A DNA stretch of 64,000 nucleotides from Eledone cirrhosa (Eukaryota), in the NCBI GenBank assembly GCA_964016885.1, contig OZ024741.1, positions 145,266,001 to 145,330,000 on the forward strand, given 5' to 3'. Shown here in pieces: positions 39,665 through 53,716 of the stretch; within the stretch, counting starts at the first letter, position 1; each line of letters starts with the position of its first letter. The position numbers and the translations under genes are program-made. The notes under the pieces were generated by a model. That model was given only the letters and a program-made list of their open reading frames with translations, did not search any database and was not told the DNA's origin.

Positions 39665-40118
39665 ATGCCAATATAGACAGGCAAAGAGATCAAAGCCAAC
39701 CAACCAGATATTATAGTCAACTCCACAAAGAAAAAAAATGCCTTCTAAAAGATGTATCTATCCTCACAGATGACAATATATCTTCCAAGGAAATAGAGAA
39801 ATTTTCCAAATATAAAGATCTAGAGACAGAAATAACTCGAATGTGGAAAATAAAAACAGAAACAATACCTATAATAATTGGTGCTCTAAAATGGATAAAA
39901 AAGCACACAGACAAATACATAGCCTTACAAGGACTTACAAATATATACAGCATACAAAGGATAGCACTACTAGACACTGCGCACATATTACGAAAAGTAC
40001 TATCAATACAATAGAAACATCATCAGCAAAAACTACACTGCTCATACCCAAGGTGCACAGAGCTGTGCTCGGTAAAGCAGTAATGATGCACAATAAAAAT
40101 AATAATGAAAATAATAAT
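39665..40118 (+). mobile_element. R4/Dong-like LINE 3' end (restriction-like endonuclease)
   Basis: IKANQPDIIV..CLLKDVS..KFSKYKDLETEITRMW..IPIIIGAL..AHILRKVLSIQ*, ending in an AAT-rich tail. Confidence 0.85.
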
Positions 40119-40330
40119 ATTGATTTCTAGTATAGGCACAAGGTGGCTAATTCACACAAGGTTAGCTAATTCACACATGAATATTTTGGTAAAAATTATA
40201 TATATACAAATAGATTAAAAAATTGAATATGCCATATCATACATTCGTTGGTAAATAAATTATAATTTATAGAATGTTGATTATGGATTACTACAAGAAT
40301 ATAATAATATAGAAGTATAAAAAATATAAT

Positions 40331-40490
40331 TGTTTCTACTTTTGGCACAAGCCTGGCAATTACCCAGTTCATTACTGGTACTTTATTTTATCGACACGGT
40401 AAGGATGAAAGGCAAAGTTAACCTCGACGGGATTTGAACTCAGACTGTAAAGGGACGTAACTATGTTGGAAAGCATGGCGTCCGACCCTC
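40331..40490 (-). mobile_element. 5'-truncated Meta-type SINE with perfect 21-bp TSD
   Basis: tagaagtataaaaaatataat occurs at 40310-40330 and 40491-40511. Confidence 0.9.
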
Positions 40491-40940
40491 TAGAAGTATA
40501 AAAAATATAATAATGAGGGAATAGAGGTACATGGGCACATGTGGACACACACCTATAACTATCACACCTGTAACTTTTTATACATATGTATGTATGGTCT
40601 CATAACTCCTGATAGAGTCATAGAAGCAGTGTATTGACATATGGCAGTTCTTGGGCATTTTAAGCCTGGCGGAGCCCATCCCTCTCCTGGCCTGAGTACA
40701 GCAGATTTCTTCCAGAAAAAAATGGAAAATGAGAGAGAGGAAATGAGAAAAAGATATAGAGGAAGAATCACCCCCGGTACTAGACTCGTACATTTTTTGT
40801 CGATCTCAAAAGGATGAAAGGCAAAGTTGACCTCAGCGAGATTTGAACTCAGAGAGCAAAGAGCCGGAACAAATACCATAAAGCATTCTATCTGATGTTC
40901 TAACAACTTTGCCAATTCGCTGCCTATATACATACATATG

Positions 40941-41532
40941 GTGGCTGCCAACTCGTTTTCGAGTACGGCCACTACTTTAAATCCATGTAGGAGAACCCCT
41001 ACCGATGCGCTGAACGAGTGTGACTTTTTAGTCCAGCCAGCGACTTGAAAACTCTGGTACAAACACTACACTTGTGACAATTACTGACACATAATGCTAG
41101 GCCCATGGTACCATGTGAGGACAAGTGCAGAGAGATCTCCAGATATAAAGCAATGCCTGTGCCGTGAAGCTTTTATAGTGAACAAAGGCACTGCACAAAG
41201 CCAGTCCCACTCTCTTAACCAAGATAATATTTACCAAGAAGAAGAACAAGTCAACATAATTGGATACCATCAAGGTTGCAGGTGTTATATCAGAGTTTTC
41301 CTTCTCCTAGAATTCTGCCTTGACAAAGGCTAAGGGGTCATCTCTCCCGGTGATTTTGGATGGCCATTGACTCTTAAGAGCTCCTTTTCCCTTTGACAAG
41401 TTTTGTTTTTAGTCCTGCAGGATGTCCAAAGTCACCCTCCTCACCAAGAAACCTTGGTTGGGTTGCCAGTTTAGTCGCCAACGACCCGACCATGAGACAG
41501 GTTGTACTGGGATACATGTTACCAGTAGCACC
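40941..41532 (-). mobile_element. Isolated putative RTE 5'UTR with no ORF attached
   Basis: GC-richer block between (TA/CA) tracts. Minus strand has an HDV-like-looking 5' end and the ctaggagaaggaaaactctgat motif I recall from RTE 5'UTRs. Second partial copy at 20593. Confidence 0.55.
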
Positions 41533-41983
41533 ATACATATACACACATATATACATACACATGCATATGTACACACATATACAAACATATATAGATGCAC
41601 ACACAAATATACACACATACATACATGCACACATTGTCCTTCAAGCCATAAGAATAGGTTTTAGCACATGGCATTTATACACCCGCATATGTACTTGCCC
41701 AAAATGACATGCAAAGTAAATACCATTATATGAACATAAATGCACACACACATGCACACATATATGCACCACTATGAGTGCACACAAACATGCACAGGGG
41801 TATATAGAATATATATACATAAATGATAATGATGATTATGATGATATATATATATAGAAAGAGAGAGAGATGCAAAATGCTGACTGCAGCGCCAAGTGGT
41901 TTCAGCTTCTCTTCTAGATCTCCACATATATCGAGTACTCACACGATTAGGAGTCTCATCGGTCTCAGCACTGCACACACACA

Positions 41984-42100
<117 letters not shown>

Positions 42101-42171
42101 TCACACATGAATAAACATACTGATGCTATAGCGATACCATGTTCCTGTTCCTTATTATTATTATTATTATT

Positions 42172-43874
42172 ACAGTTGCATTTATCTTGCTTTATGTTCA
42201 TACGAGTTTCACCAAGTCACAACCAGTGACCTCAAGAGACAACAAGGTCCGCCATGTTCAAGAAAGAACATACATATTCACACATGCATCTTTAGTGTTT
42301 AGACTTGTGATGTACTTATATTGACAGAATCTTCCTTAGTATATGGGCAGTTCCCATTAGTACTATCTTTTGTATTCCTCCTATACGCGGGTTTCCTGGG
42401 ATTTGCGATATGTAATCATTAGACCCCTTAGGTATCATTCCCAGAGCGCCTACAACCACTGGTATTGTTTTAGTTCTCAATTTTCACATTTTTCCAATTT
42501 CTATCTCCAGGTCCTTATACTTGCTCAATTTTTCAAATGTTTTTATAGATACATTCTTGTCTATTGGAACAGACATATCAATTAGCAGGCATACCCTCTT
42601 TTGAAAGTCTTTCAATATTATATCAGGTCTGTTTGCATCTATTTTTCGGTCTGTTTGGATGCTAAAGTTCCACAAGATTAAGATGTGATCTTTTTCAAGT
42701 ATGGGAGGTGGTTGATGCTCCCACCAATTCTTTTGATGGGGCAGGTCAAAATGCTTACACATTATCCAATGTATGTATTGTGCAGCTCTGTCATGCCTGT
42801 TTAGGTATTCGGTTGGAGCTATAGGACTGCACATTGAAATTATATGGTCAATGGTCTCTGGTTGTTTTTTGCATACACGGCATAATGGGCTGCACCCATT
42901 TTTTATTATGTTGGCTTGGTAATTTTTTGTTGGCAGACACTGATCTTGTGCCGATATAATCAGTCCTTCAGTCTCCGATTTCAGTCCAGAGGATGCCAAC
43001 CACTGATGGGTTAAAGTTTTGTCAACATCAGGATTGTTAGCTCGCTCTGGGTATTTTCCATACAGAGGCTTTTCTTGCCATTTCTTAGCCAGTTTCTGTA
43101 GCAGTTCTTTCTTTGCAGTTACTTTTACCTGCTTTGCTTTTTCTGTGTTTTCCATTTCAGCAGTAAATGGGACTTCTGAAATTTGTAGTCCATTACTGTA
43201 TCTTTGTGCATCTTTTGTAATGGAATATGATCTTTTGATGCTTTCGTGTTTCAAAACGAGTTTGATCATCCAATCATGTGATTCCCTTAGATATGTAGAT
43301 AATCCAATTGTTGCAGTTTTCAACGCAATGTCTAACTGGATTAACCCACGTCCTCCTTCTTTCTAGGGAGATATATTCTATCTATATCTGCCTTAGGGTG
43401 ATGCATTCTGTGCATGGTTAAGAATTTTCGAATTTTTGTATCGAGCCTACGGATCTCTGTGCTTGACCAGTTGATGACATTGTAACTGTAAGTTACTACT
43501 GGTATGGCAAGCGTGTTTATGGCATCGATCCTATTCCTTGCATTCAATTCCGTTCTTAAGATTGCTCTTACTCTGCGGTAACATTCCTTCCTTATCCTTT
43601 CCCTCATTGTCGAGTGCTTGATTCCGTCTCCTTCACAAACACCTAGATATTTGTAAGTTTTTTCTTGATCAAGTTCTCTTATCACGTTCCCCCGATCAAG
43701 ATTAATGTCTGAACTCTTCAGCAGCTTTCCTCTGGTGAACGTTGCTTTGGCGCATTTATCTAGTCCAAACTCCATTTTAATGTCATCACTGAACTGCTTC
43801 ACAGTGGATAATAGCCCTTGCAATTGTTCATCATTTTTTTCAAATAGTTTCAAGTCATCCATGTAGAACAGGTG
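42172..43874 (-). mobile_element. R4/Dong-like LINE, 5'-truncated (RT YMDD, CCHC knuckle, PD..D endonuclease), in (TAA)n
   Basis: HLFYMDDLKLF..FGLDKCA..YKYLG..HPKADIDRIYLPR; CRVCKKQPETIDHIISMC, RHD, NRPDII..LIDMSVP..KLSKYKDL. (TTA)n on both sides. Confidence 0.95.
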
Positions 43875-43926
<52 letters not shown>

Positions 43927-43927
<1 letters not shown>

Positions 43928-44130
43928 GGGTGGTGGTTTGGCAATATTGGTAGAGGGTCGGACACCATGCTTTGATGCATAGAATTATGGTCCTCGCCAT
44001 TCTGAGTTCAAATCCCGCCGAGCTTAACTTTGCCTTACATCCTTACGGGGTCGATAAAATAAAGTACTAGTAATCTACTGGGTATTTGCTGGTCTTGTGC
44101 CAAAAGTAGAAACAATTATTATTATTATTA
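43927..44130 (+). mobile_element. Meta-type tRNA SINE
   Basis: tggcaatattgg (A box), gagttcaaatccc (B box), actttgccttacatccttacggggtcgataaaataaagtac core, (tta)n tail. Confidence 0.88.
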
Positions 44131-44386
44131 ACACTCTGCTTCTTAAGGATACCAACTATGGTGAAATGCCAAACGTAGATTACCACATCAGCAACCACAT
44201 ACATATTAGCATTGAGTGCTCAAACTGGTGAACCATCAATAGTAACTAAACATTACACACCAATAAACTATATAAATATATATATACATATATAGTGGTA
44301 GAACGTTGGAAGGTAATATCCGTAGTGGTAGAGCACTCAGTCCATGGGACAAGTTAGGTAGAAGTGGTTACACAACAGTTAGTTCA

Positions 44387-44436
44387 CCATACCGAGAACA
44401 ATTGTTTCACCTTAGCGGATCCTCAGCTCATAATGG
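44387..44436 (-). ncRNA. Hammerhead ribozyme motif (PLE pLTR)
   Basis: Minus strand ccattat-gag-CTGAGGA-t-cc-gctaa-gg-t-GAA-acaattgt-t-ctc-ggtatgg: palindromic stem III ACAATTGT, stem I gag/ctc plus ccat/atgg. Confidence 0.75.
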
Positions 44437-45518
44437 ACATGGTTATACGGAACAGGAAGGACAACCGTACGAACGCGCATGCGCAGAAACGGTCACTTCA
44501 CTCAGGCAATACTAAATTGCGTGTGAGAGGTGTAAGGGAGATAACTGCAAAAGTCCGAAAGTTTCTAGTTGATAAGAAAATTAGGATCTTGTTGTAATTC
44601 AGTCTGGAGCTTTGTAGTTATGTAAGAGGTGTTTCTAGACGTGTGGACAACGTGTGAAGAATTCATTTCTTGAGTTTAGGCAATTGCTATTACGTAATCT
44701 CTTTAGAATATTTATTCGTTCATCAGTCCACATGAAGGATTGCCCCTTGCGTATGGCTTGGACTTAGTGATGGCTTTCCATTGAATGGAGTAGTCTATAC
44801 TTGAGTCCTTGAGGGACCATACGTGGCTCGCGAGTTTTGTGGATGAACGTCTGTCCGGGTACCTAAAGGTCGACTGGTGGTTCAGGAAGCGTTCCTTAAA
44901 TCAGCCCTCCGCCATACCCACATAGGATTTGACCTCCTGTGGTTGATTTGGTCGGTTGGAAGTGACCACAGCTTCATAAACTACAGCTGGTGTGTTGCAT
45001 TGCTGTTGAATGGGACAAACTTCGGGCTTACGGCAAGAGCACCCTGGTGGGGGTGTTGCTCTTAGGGTTGTTGGTGATATGGGCATATTCTTAGCGCAGG
45101 AGTATCCTAGTTTTACTTTGTGTCGGTTAAAAATGGAGCAGTATTTATGACCTATGGGAAAGTGTCTATCTAAGAGGGCTAGAAATTGTTTGCCTACATT
45201 GGTTTTAACATTGAGTGAGAAGGGAGGAGAGAACCAGATAATTTGTCTATTGTTACGTTTTGTTTTCTTATTGCTGTTGTAGTTAGTGGGAGAGTAAGTG
45301 ATAGGTTGCTAGAAGCCACTGTTAGCTAATGCCGTGTTATAGTAGGATGCCGGATTGAATTACAACATCCTGATTTTCTTATCAACTAGAAATTTTCAGA
45401 CTTTCGCAGTTATCTCCCTTACACCTCTCGCACGGAATTTAGTATTGTCTGAGTGAAGTGACCGTTTCTGCACATGCGCGTTCATACGGTTGTCCTTCCT
45501 GTTTCGTATAAACCATCT

Positions 45519-45568
45519 CCATTACGAGCTGAGGATCCGCTAAAGTGAAACAATTGTTCTCAGTATGG
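45519..45568 (+). ncRNA. Hammerhead motif, second (inverted) copy with one stem II mismatch
   Basis: ccattacgagCTGAGGAtccgctaaagtGAAAcaattgttctcagtatgg. Confidence 0.65.
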
Positions 45569-45612
45569 TGAACTAACTGTTGTATAACCACTTCTATATA
45601 TATATATATATA

Positions 45613-46110
45613 TATCATCATCATCATCAATTTACGTCCATTCTTCCACGATAGCATCGGTTAGACGGGTTGTCCTGTTGTGGGCAGTGTCCGGTCGGCT
45701 GACCTTGTCTAGCTCATACGGGAACTGATTTCTACAGCTTGATTTCTACAGCTGGATGCCTTTCCTAACACCAACCTCATTTACAGTGGGAGGGGGTGGG
45801 GGCATATTGTCTATATGCTTCAGCTTCGGTTTTTACACATGGGAAGTCGGGTCTTCTGTATTACTGCGTGACACCAGAGGTCACAGTCCTGTGTCATCGC
45901 CTTTGAGAGGTGCAACTGGGTCTTCTTGGGTCTCCCCACTCCTTGGCTTCCATCGACTTTTAGTGCTCTGCACCTTTTTATGCAGCTGCCATCCTTCATA
46001 CGTATCACAAGTTCATACCAACGCAACCTCCTTGCACACAGCATTTGATTCCTCTTATGCTCAGTCTCTCTCTCAATTCGTTTATGCTTTGCCATTCGTA
46101 TATATTACTA
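45613..46110 (-). mobile_element. RTE 3' fragment with tail
   Basis: ORF 45820-46095 RRLRWY..MKDGSCIKRC..GVGRPKKT; 3'UTR and (tga)n. Confidence 0.8.
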
Positions 46111-46434
46111 TTACTATATATATATATATATTTAGATGATATGTATACATACATATATACCTCATAATTAATTAACTTCTATTTATGTCAAGCACTTGAT
46201 GGAACAATCTATTTAAACTTCCATCCGATAAAATATTTTTTTTCATTTTGTCTGCCTTGAGATTTGCTTTGTATTTTATGTTGTTCATTTGATTGGGTGT
46301 GCATGTGTCTTTGAATGTATCATCATGTGTTCATGTATTAAGTTTGGATGAATTTTGGAAAGGCAAATTTAGTTCCCAAGAAATACCCTCACACACATAT
46401 ATTCAGAAACACACACAGATATATACATACATCC

Positions 46435-47485
46435 ATATAGACAGCTTCTGTTACCTGGGTGACCAATTTAGCAGCAGAAGTGGGTGTTCCAAAAGTACAG
46501 TAGTAAGAGTGAAGACAAAATAGAAAAAGTTCTGGAAGATACAACCACTGATAGCTACAAAATGAAAGGCAGACTGTATGATGCATGCATATGAACAGTA
46601 ATGCTGCATGGTAGTGAGATCTGGGCGATGTATGCAGAAGACTTGTGAAGATTGGAAAGCAATGAAGCTTGCATCCTTCAAGGGATGTGTAATAGTAATA
46701 TATGTGAATGGGAAAGGCTAAATGAACTGAGAAAGAAACTAGGCAAAAGAGGAATCTGATACAATGTGCAGGAGAGGAGGTTGTATTGGTATAGACATGT
46801 GATGTGTATGAAGGATGACAGCTCTATAAAAAGATGCAGAATGCTCAAAGTTGATGAAAGCCATGGAGTGGATGGACCCAGGAAGAGATGATAAAAGCTG
46901 ACGTTGTTCAATTACACCTCTCAAAGATGATGACACAGGACCGAAATCTCTGGTGTTATGCAGTAATACAGAAGACCCACGTTTCCAAGAGCATAAGCTG
47001 AAGCTGAAGCATACATATAGTATGCACCCCTCTCCACTCCACTCTTCTATACACCTCCTATAAGGACAGATTGAAGTATACATCTAGCGTGAACCATCTC
47101 AACTTCCTCCCATTTACCTCCCACATCTTTACACTCTGCCACTAGCACACGCCCATATACCTCACCTCCTCAATCCCTACATCCCTCTCCTACCAAAGCC
47201 CCCTGCCCACATTGTGAAGTGGTCATAATGGTGACACAATAAAAAGCACCCAACCCACACTGTAAAGTGGTCATGTAGGTGTTGTAACAAAAAACACTCA
47301 GTACTCACTGTAAATATGGTTGGCGTTAGGAAGGGCATCCAGCACTAGAAACCAAGCCAAAGTAAGTTCTGCATGAGCAAGTCATGGTCACCTGACCAGG
47401 CATTTCTCACAACAGAACAACTCATCAAACCCATGCTAGCATGGGAAAATGGACATTTAATGGTGATATGATGATGATGATGATG
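46435..47485 (+). mobile_element. RTE 3' portion with full 3'UTR, decayed
   Basis: DSFCYLGD..MLHGSE.W..ERRLYWYRHVM; modular 3'UTR and (tga)n. Confidence 0.85.
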
Positions 47486-48442
47486 ACACACACACATATA
47501 GATATACATATACACATATGCACTTATTTACAGATATATCCACAAGCATACAGAGCTATAACAATAAATATAACAAGAAGAGAAATGTATCTAACTCCCA
47601 TGCAATAAATAATTTGAACTTTACCAACACAGTAACATATTTAATACTTATTGGCTCTATTCTATCTAAGGCAGTAAATTGGCATTGGATTAAAAATACC
47701 TTGGTATTTATTCCAGCTTACTGTAGCCTGACTGAAATCCCATTAAAGTCAACTTTGCTTTTCATTGTTTCAAGATCAATAAATTAAGTACCAATTCAGT
47801 ACTTGGGTTGATTCTTCTTCCCCTACCTCTCTTTATTATTTTCTCTCTCTCTTTCATTTTTTGGAAGAAATCAGCTGTTTTCTAACTTACAGAAGGATGA
47901 GCCCTGCCAGGTTCAAAATGTCCAAGACATGTCATGTGATAAGACAGAGCCCCTAAGATTTTATTTGGAGTTAAGCACCATATTATAACATCTCTTAATT
48001 TATTGCTCATTTACTATTTCTTATTCATATATTAATTTATCCTTTTACTGGTTTCAGTTATTTGACTACACCCATGTTGGTGTAGTACCTGGAAGGAATT
48101 TAGTCTTTTGACCTCAGTGCTTTTTTAAAAAGCCTGGCATTTATTTAACTGATTTTTATTTGTTGTACTCTTACATTATAGAACATAACCAAACAGCACC
48201 AGTAGTTTACATGAAGCAATGGGATATGTAATAAATGATAAAGTGTTTGGAACGCCAGTACAATGCAGAGAGAAATATAAAGGTGGTATGGGGATAAAAG
48301 GATGACAAAACAAAATAATTTAGCTTGAAATATCCTGAAGACATATATTAGGTAAAACATTATTTTGTTTTGTCATCCTTTTACCTAAGTACCAACCTTT
48401 ATATTTCTATCTGCATTGTACCGGATTTTTTAACACTATCAT

Positions 48443-49775
<1,333 letters not shown>

Positions 49776-49789
49776 CAAAAAATAATGGT

Positions 49790-49996
49790 TTCTGATATAG
49801 GCACAAATTTTCAGAGAGTGGAAAGTTGATTTAATCGACCCCAGTACATAACTGGTACTTTATTTTATTGACCCCGTAAGGATGAAAGGCAAAGTTAACC
49901 TCTGCGAGATTTGAACTCAGATCATAAAGGGCCATAACTCTATGCTGTAAAGAATGGCGTCTGACCCTCTACCGATACTGCCAATCCACTGCCCTA
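49790..49996 (-). mobile_element. Meta-type SINE
   Basis: Family consensus on the minus strand, directly after the transposase end. Confidence 0.88.
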
Positions 49997-50864
49997 AAAG
50001 GGCAAAAATAGTAACACAAGATAGAGTTACCTTGGAAGTGATTTAATAGTCCCTATATTTCGGATTTCACATCCATCAACAAGGGGTTTTCTGAGGGGGA
50101 AAAGGTTGTGTCGGACAAGGACAACATGTGACCTTTGCTGTTTACCATGTGCTTATATCATATATATATATATATTATAATGAAAAGCTTTTTTATAGAC
50201 ATGTTATTAAAGGCAGTTTTGTCTACCAAATTTCAGTCACAAGGCATTGTGAATCAACATAAGCCTATATATAGTAAAAGACAGATGCCCACGTTTCCAT
50301 GTAGTGTGACGGAATCTGAAACTATGTGGTTGTGAAAAGCAAACTTCTTAGCCACTTGGCCATGTCTTTGCTTATATGTGTGCATACACATATAATAAAG
50401 TAAATTATATGCTTTTAATACTATTTTATGATCATTTCAACATTTTCATATTCATTTATGTGTTCAAAGCCTAACAGAAGTTATTTCTGTCACATCTTCT
50501 TGTCACAGATAAATGTGCTAATGGAAATGAATCTATTTCGTTATTTCATACATTGTATACATTCTTTTCTTTACTGTAATTTTTTTTATATAGATATACA
50601 AACAGTTCTATGGAGTTTCATAGATTTTCGACAAAATTATATCTTCATATATAAAATGTCAAAAATAAAATTAAAAAGAAAAAAAATAAGAAAATGAAAT
50701 TGAACAGAAAATGACTGAAATCTGTAAAAGTACAAAAAATAAAATCAAACAAATTATTATTCAAAGTCTTTTATTGACAAGTTTTATTTTTCAATCTGTT
50801 ATATGGCATATATAATTATACACACACACACGTGTGTATAATTATATATTTCTATAACTTATAT

Positions 50865-50907
<43 letters not shown>

Positions 50908-52039
50908 CATGATTACAAGAATGGAATACAAACATAAAACAGCGCTGATGATGATGATAATGGTATATACATATAACACACACATGCACACATGCACCCA
51001 CACACATCCATAACATACATTTTTGTCTTGTTATTACGTAAAGGTGCACAATCAATCAGATCAGGAAAAAATAAAAATTTAAAACACACAATGATAAATT
51101 GATACATTAATCCATTATTGAATCTCTCATTTTCTAGGTAAAGTGCTACAATACTGATCATTATCACCACTAAGATCACCACCATCCCCATCACTACCTC
51201 CACTACAATCATCATCATCTCTACTACTACCATCATCATACTCAATCACAAACATACATAGAAAAGATGTGTTTTCAGCATTTCCCTGGCCTCGGGTTAT
51301 AGCAGAAGAAACTTGCTCAATATGCCATATAGTGGGATTAAACCCAGACCTAGATTTTTAAGAAATGAACATCTAACCCACACAGCTATAACTACTTTAA
51401 TAGATAACTCCCAAGCTGTAAAGCTGTTCACTTTTGAATCAGGAATACCCTCTACCCATTTTATTGGTCCACTGAGTATACAAAAGAGATTTCCAAGGAA
51501 AAGAGTCAGACTACTGAAGAAATAGTAAAACAATGGCTGAGAAGACCTGACAAACTACTGCTTTTGACATGTAAATGACAGATGCAGAGTCAAGTTCAAT
51601 GAACGCAACACATGCATATTATTGACTAACAAATATGCTGAATAGCTCTCTATATAAATCCTCCTCTTTATCATCAGACTGGGACTCTTTCCAGCAATAT
51701 CTCATGCTATTTGTCTTGGGATTGTGTAAGAAACTAATTTCAATGAAATTTCTATTGCTTGCTGATTTAATTCTCGTGTGTTTTCTGTGATTGTTCTTGC
51801 TTTCTATTGCAGTTAATTATCTACAATGGAAATCTCATTTCACAGTGACATATCATTTCTATTTCTATTTTGTTTCCATTTCTAATATCATTATTTCTAT
51901 TTCAAACTGAACTTTCTAATGTTCTTTAATCCTGATCCTGAAGAAAAGATCTTGTTTCATTCTGATATATACTTCCACAAATGCATATATGCTTCATTTT
52001 TAGTTCTTATTGCATTTACACCCTGGATAAAATTCATCA

Positions 52040-53520
52040 CCACCAGCAATGTTTAAAGTCAATTTTTCATATTTGCATGGGTTAGACAGGTTGTCTGAGG
52101 CTAGAATGGTCAGATGACCACATCTTGACCAAGCATTCCATTTTCAGTTTAGTTTCTGTGGCTGGATGCCATTCCTAACACCAACCACTTGGCACCTAAC
52201 ACCAACCACTGGACTGGGAGCATTTTATCATGGCACCAGCATTATCACCTAACAGGCTGAACTGGGTGTTTTTTTTATTGTGGTATGCACACTGATAAAT
52301 CCATAGTATGTTGCTGCATTTGAAGTCTTTTGTAGTGTGATTATTATCTATCAATTCTTTATATCTTCTGAACTCTTTTGATACTAAACACACTTTTCTC
52401 CAACATCCTGATTCCAACTGTTGCACTGCTTTGCAATGCAGAATACCTCATGCCTCTGTGCCTCAGGTTTTCTATATGCTTTGTAGACCTGTTATCTATC
52501 TTCACTTTTAGCTATTTGTTATTATTCTATGTTGCCCTAATTCTTCCAGTCTTTCTGTCTGTCTCTTAACTCTAATGGCTCCAACTAGATTAATGTTCCA
52601 CTATCAGGTCACTTTTCATTTGGCAGGTACCTTGCTCCAGTCACAGGTTTTGTCAGTTGTATGCAGCAGGTTTTCTCATAAAAACTTCCACTTGTCCTCT
52701 ATGTCATGCATATCTATTTGCTCCTCCCTCTCATCATACACATTATGTACAACTGTACTGAACCTATATTTAAAAGACAGGTCATTTAGCTTTTATATTG
52801 TTTGCATTTCTGATTCCTCCTGATTATTATTATGATCTCACTAATACCGGATTTATGTTGCATTGTGCATTATTCTCCAGGGAAATACTTAGTAATCATA
52901 ACAATCTGGGAATTCTGTTTTCTAGAAATCTGACTTGTCTGTTTGCCTGATTTGTCTTGTCAGTTTACTGAAGTTAGTGTTGCAAATGGTAAGGTCATTT
53001 GCATCATAGAATTTTAAAAGCATTGATCCCTCTTCATTTCTTGAGCCAAATCCAAAGTCACAATGTACTCCAAGGTAGCCATCATGTTTACCAGTATGTC
53101 CATTGAAGTCATCAATCAGTTATTAAAATCATCTGCAAGAAATCCTCATAGAAGTGGACCATTTGCTATTTACTTATCTCTGATTGTTTATAATAATTCT
53201 GAGTTTGATAATTCTGTCAATGTAGCTACTATAATTAACATATCTATCCACTTCTCAGTTAGTAAAATACCTATTCCATCTATCCCATTATCATTTCCTA
53301 CCTAGAATAGCTTATTTATATACCTGTGTGTAATCTGGCTGATGCACGTCAACATCTCCCTTCTTGCATATAGCACACATCAGCTCACCGCAGATCAAGC
53401 AACTCATATTTCACTTGATCTACCTTGCAATGTGCCAGCATTAAGAATGGTAGCCCTGAAATGTATTACCTTACAGTGATGAGGTGTCCAGTGGTGCTTC
53501 AGTCTTCTTTTGGTCATAGC
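52040..53520 (-). mobile_element. Old RTE element: APE endonuclease region joined to an RTE-type 3' tail
   Basis: Minus strand ILNAGTLQGRSSEI, DVCYMQE, GIGILLTEKW, DFNGHTG..GFGSRNEEG..TICNTNFSK; ggctggatgccattcctaacaccaacc tail near 52160. Confidence 0.7.
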
Positions 53521-53716
53521 TTTCTGTATATTGTAAATACATACATACATAGAGAGAGATGTAAAATCCCGGCCGCAGCAGCAAACGGTTTTGAATTTCA
53601 CATATCTCTGTACCCACTCTGTATCTCCCCATGCATTGAGTGCTCCCATGATTAGTGGTCTCCCTTGTCACAGCATTGCAGGTTCTATCTATCAATCTAT
53701 CTATATATATATCATC

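Larger units (their letters stand above)
44295..45596 (-). mobile_element. Naiad-like Penelope element 3' part with inverted pseudo-LTR
   Basis: Minus strand IIWFSPPFSLNVKTNVGKQFL.LLDRHFP..IFNR..YSC, CSCR..CP..C..VVYEA..YVGMAEG*FKERFLNH..LASHVWSLKD..LNSRNEF..CPH. 44359-44601 and 45356-45596 are inverted repeats. Confidence 0.9.

Noticed and set aside
41875-41975. Minus-strand CCGATGA...GAAAC hammerhead-like motif
   Set aside because: The core is altered, there is no NUH cleavage triplet and the stems are poor.
44900-44904. In-frame TGA in the Naiad-like GIY-YIG (YVGMAEG*FKER) as possible selenocysteine, since some Naiads are reported to encode Sec
   Set aside because: It is not at a conserved Cys position (the 62.6-kb element has Arg there), so CGA>TGA decay is simpler. 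The copy also has a TAG and a frameshift, and all visible Cys ligands use TGY.
51442-51570. Open stretch NTLYPFYWSTEY..VKQWLRRPDKLLL between AG and GT
   Set aside because: Weak splice sites and no recognisable protein family.
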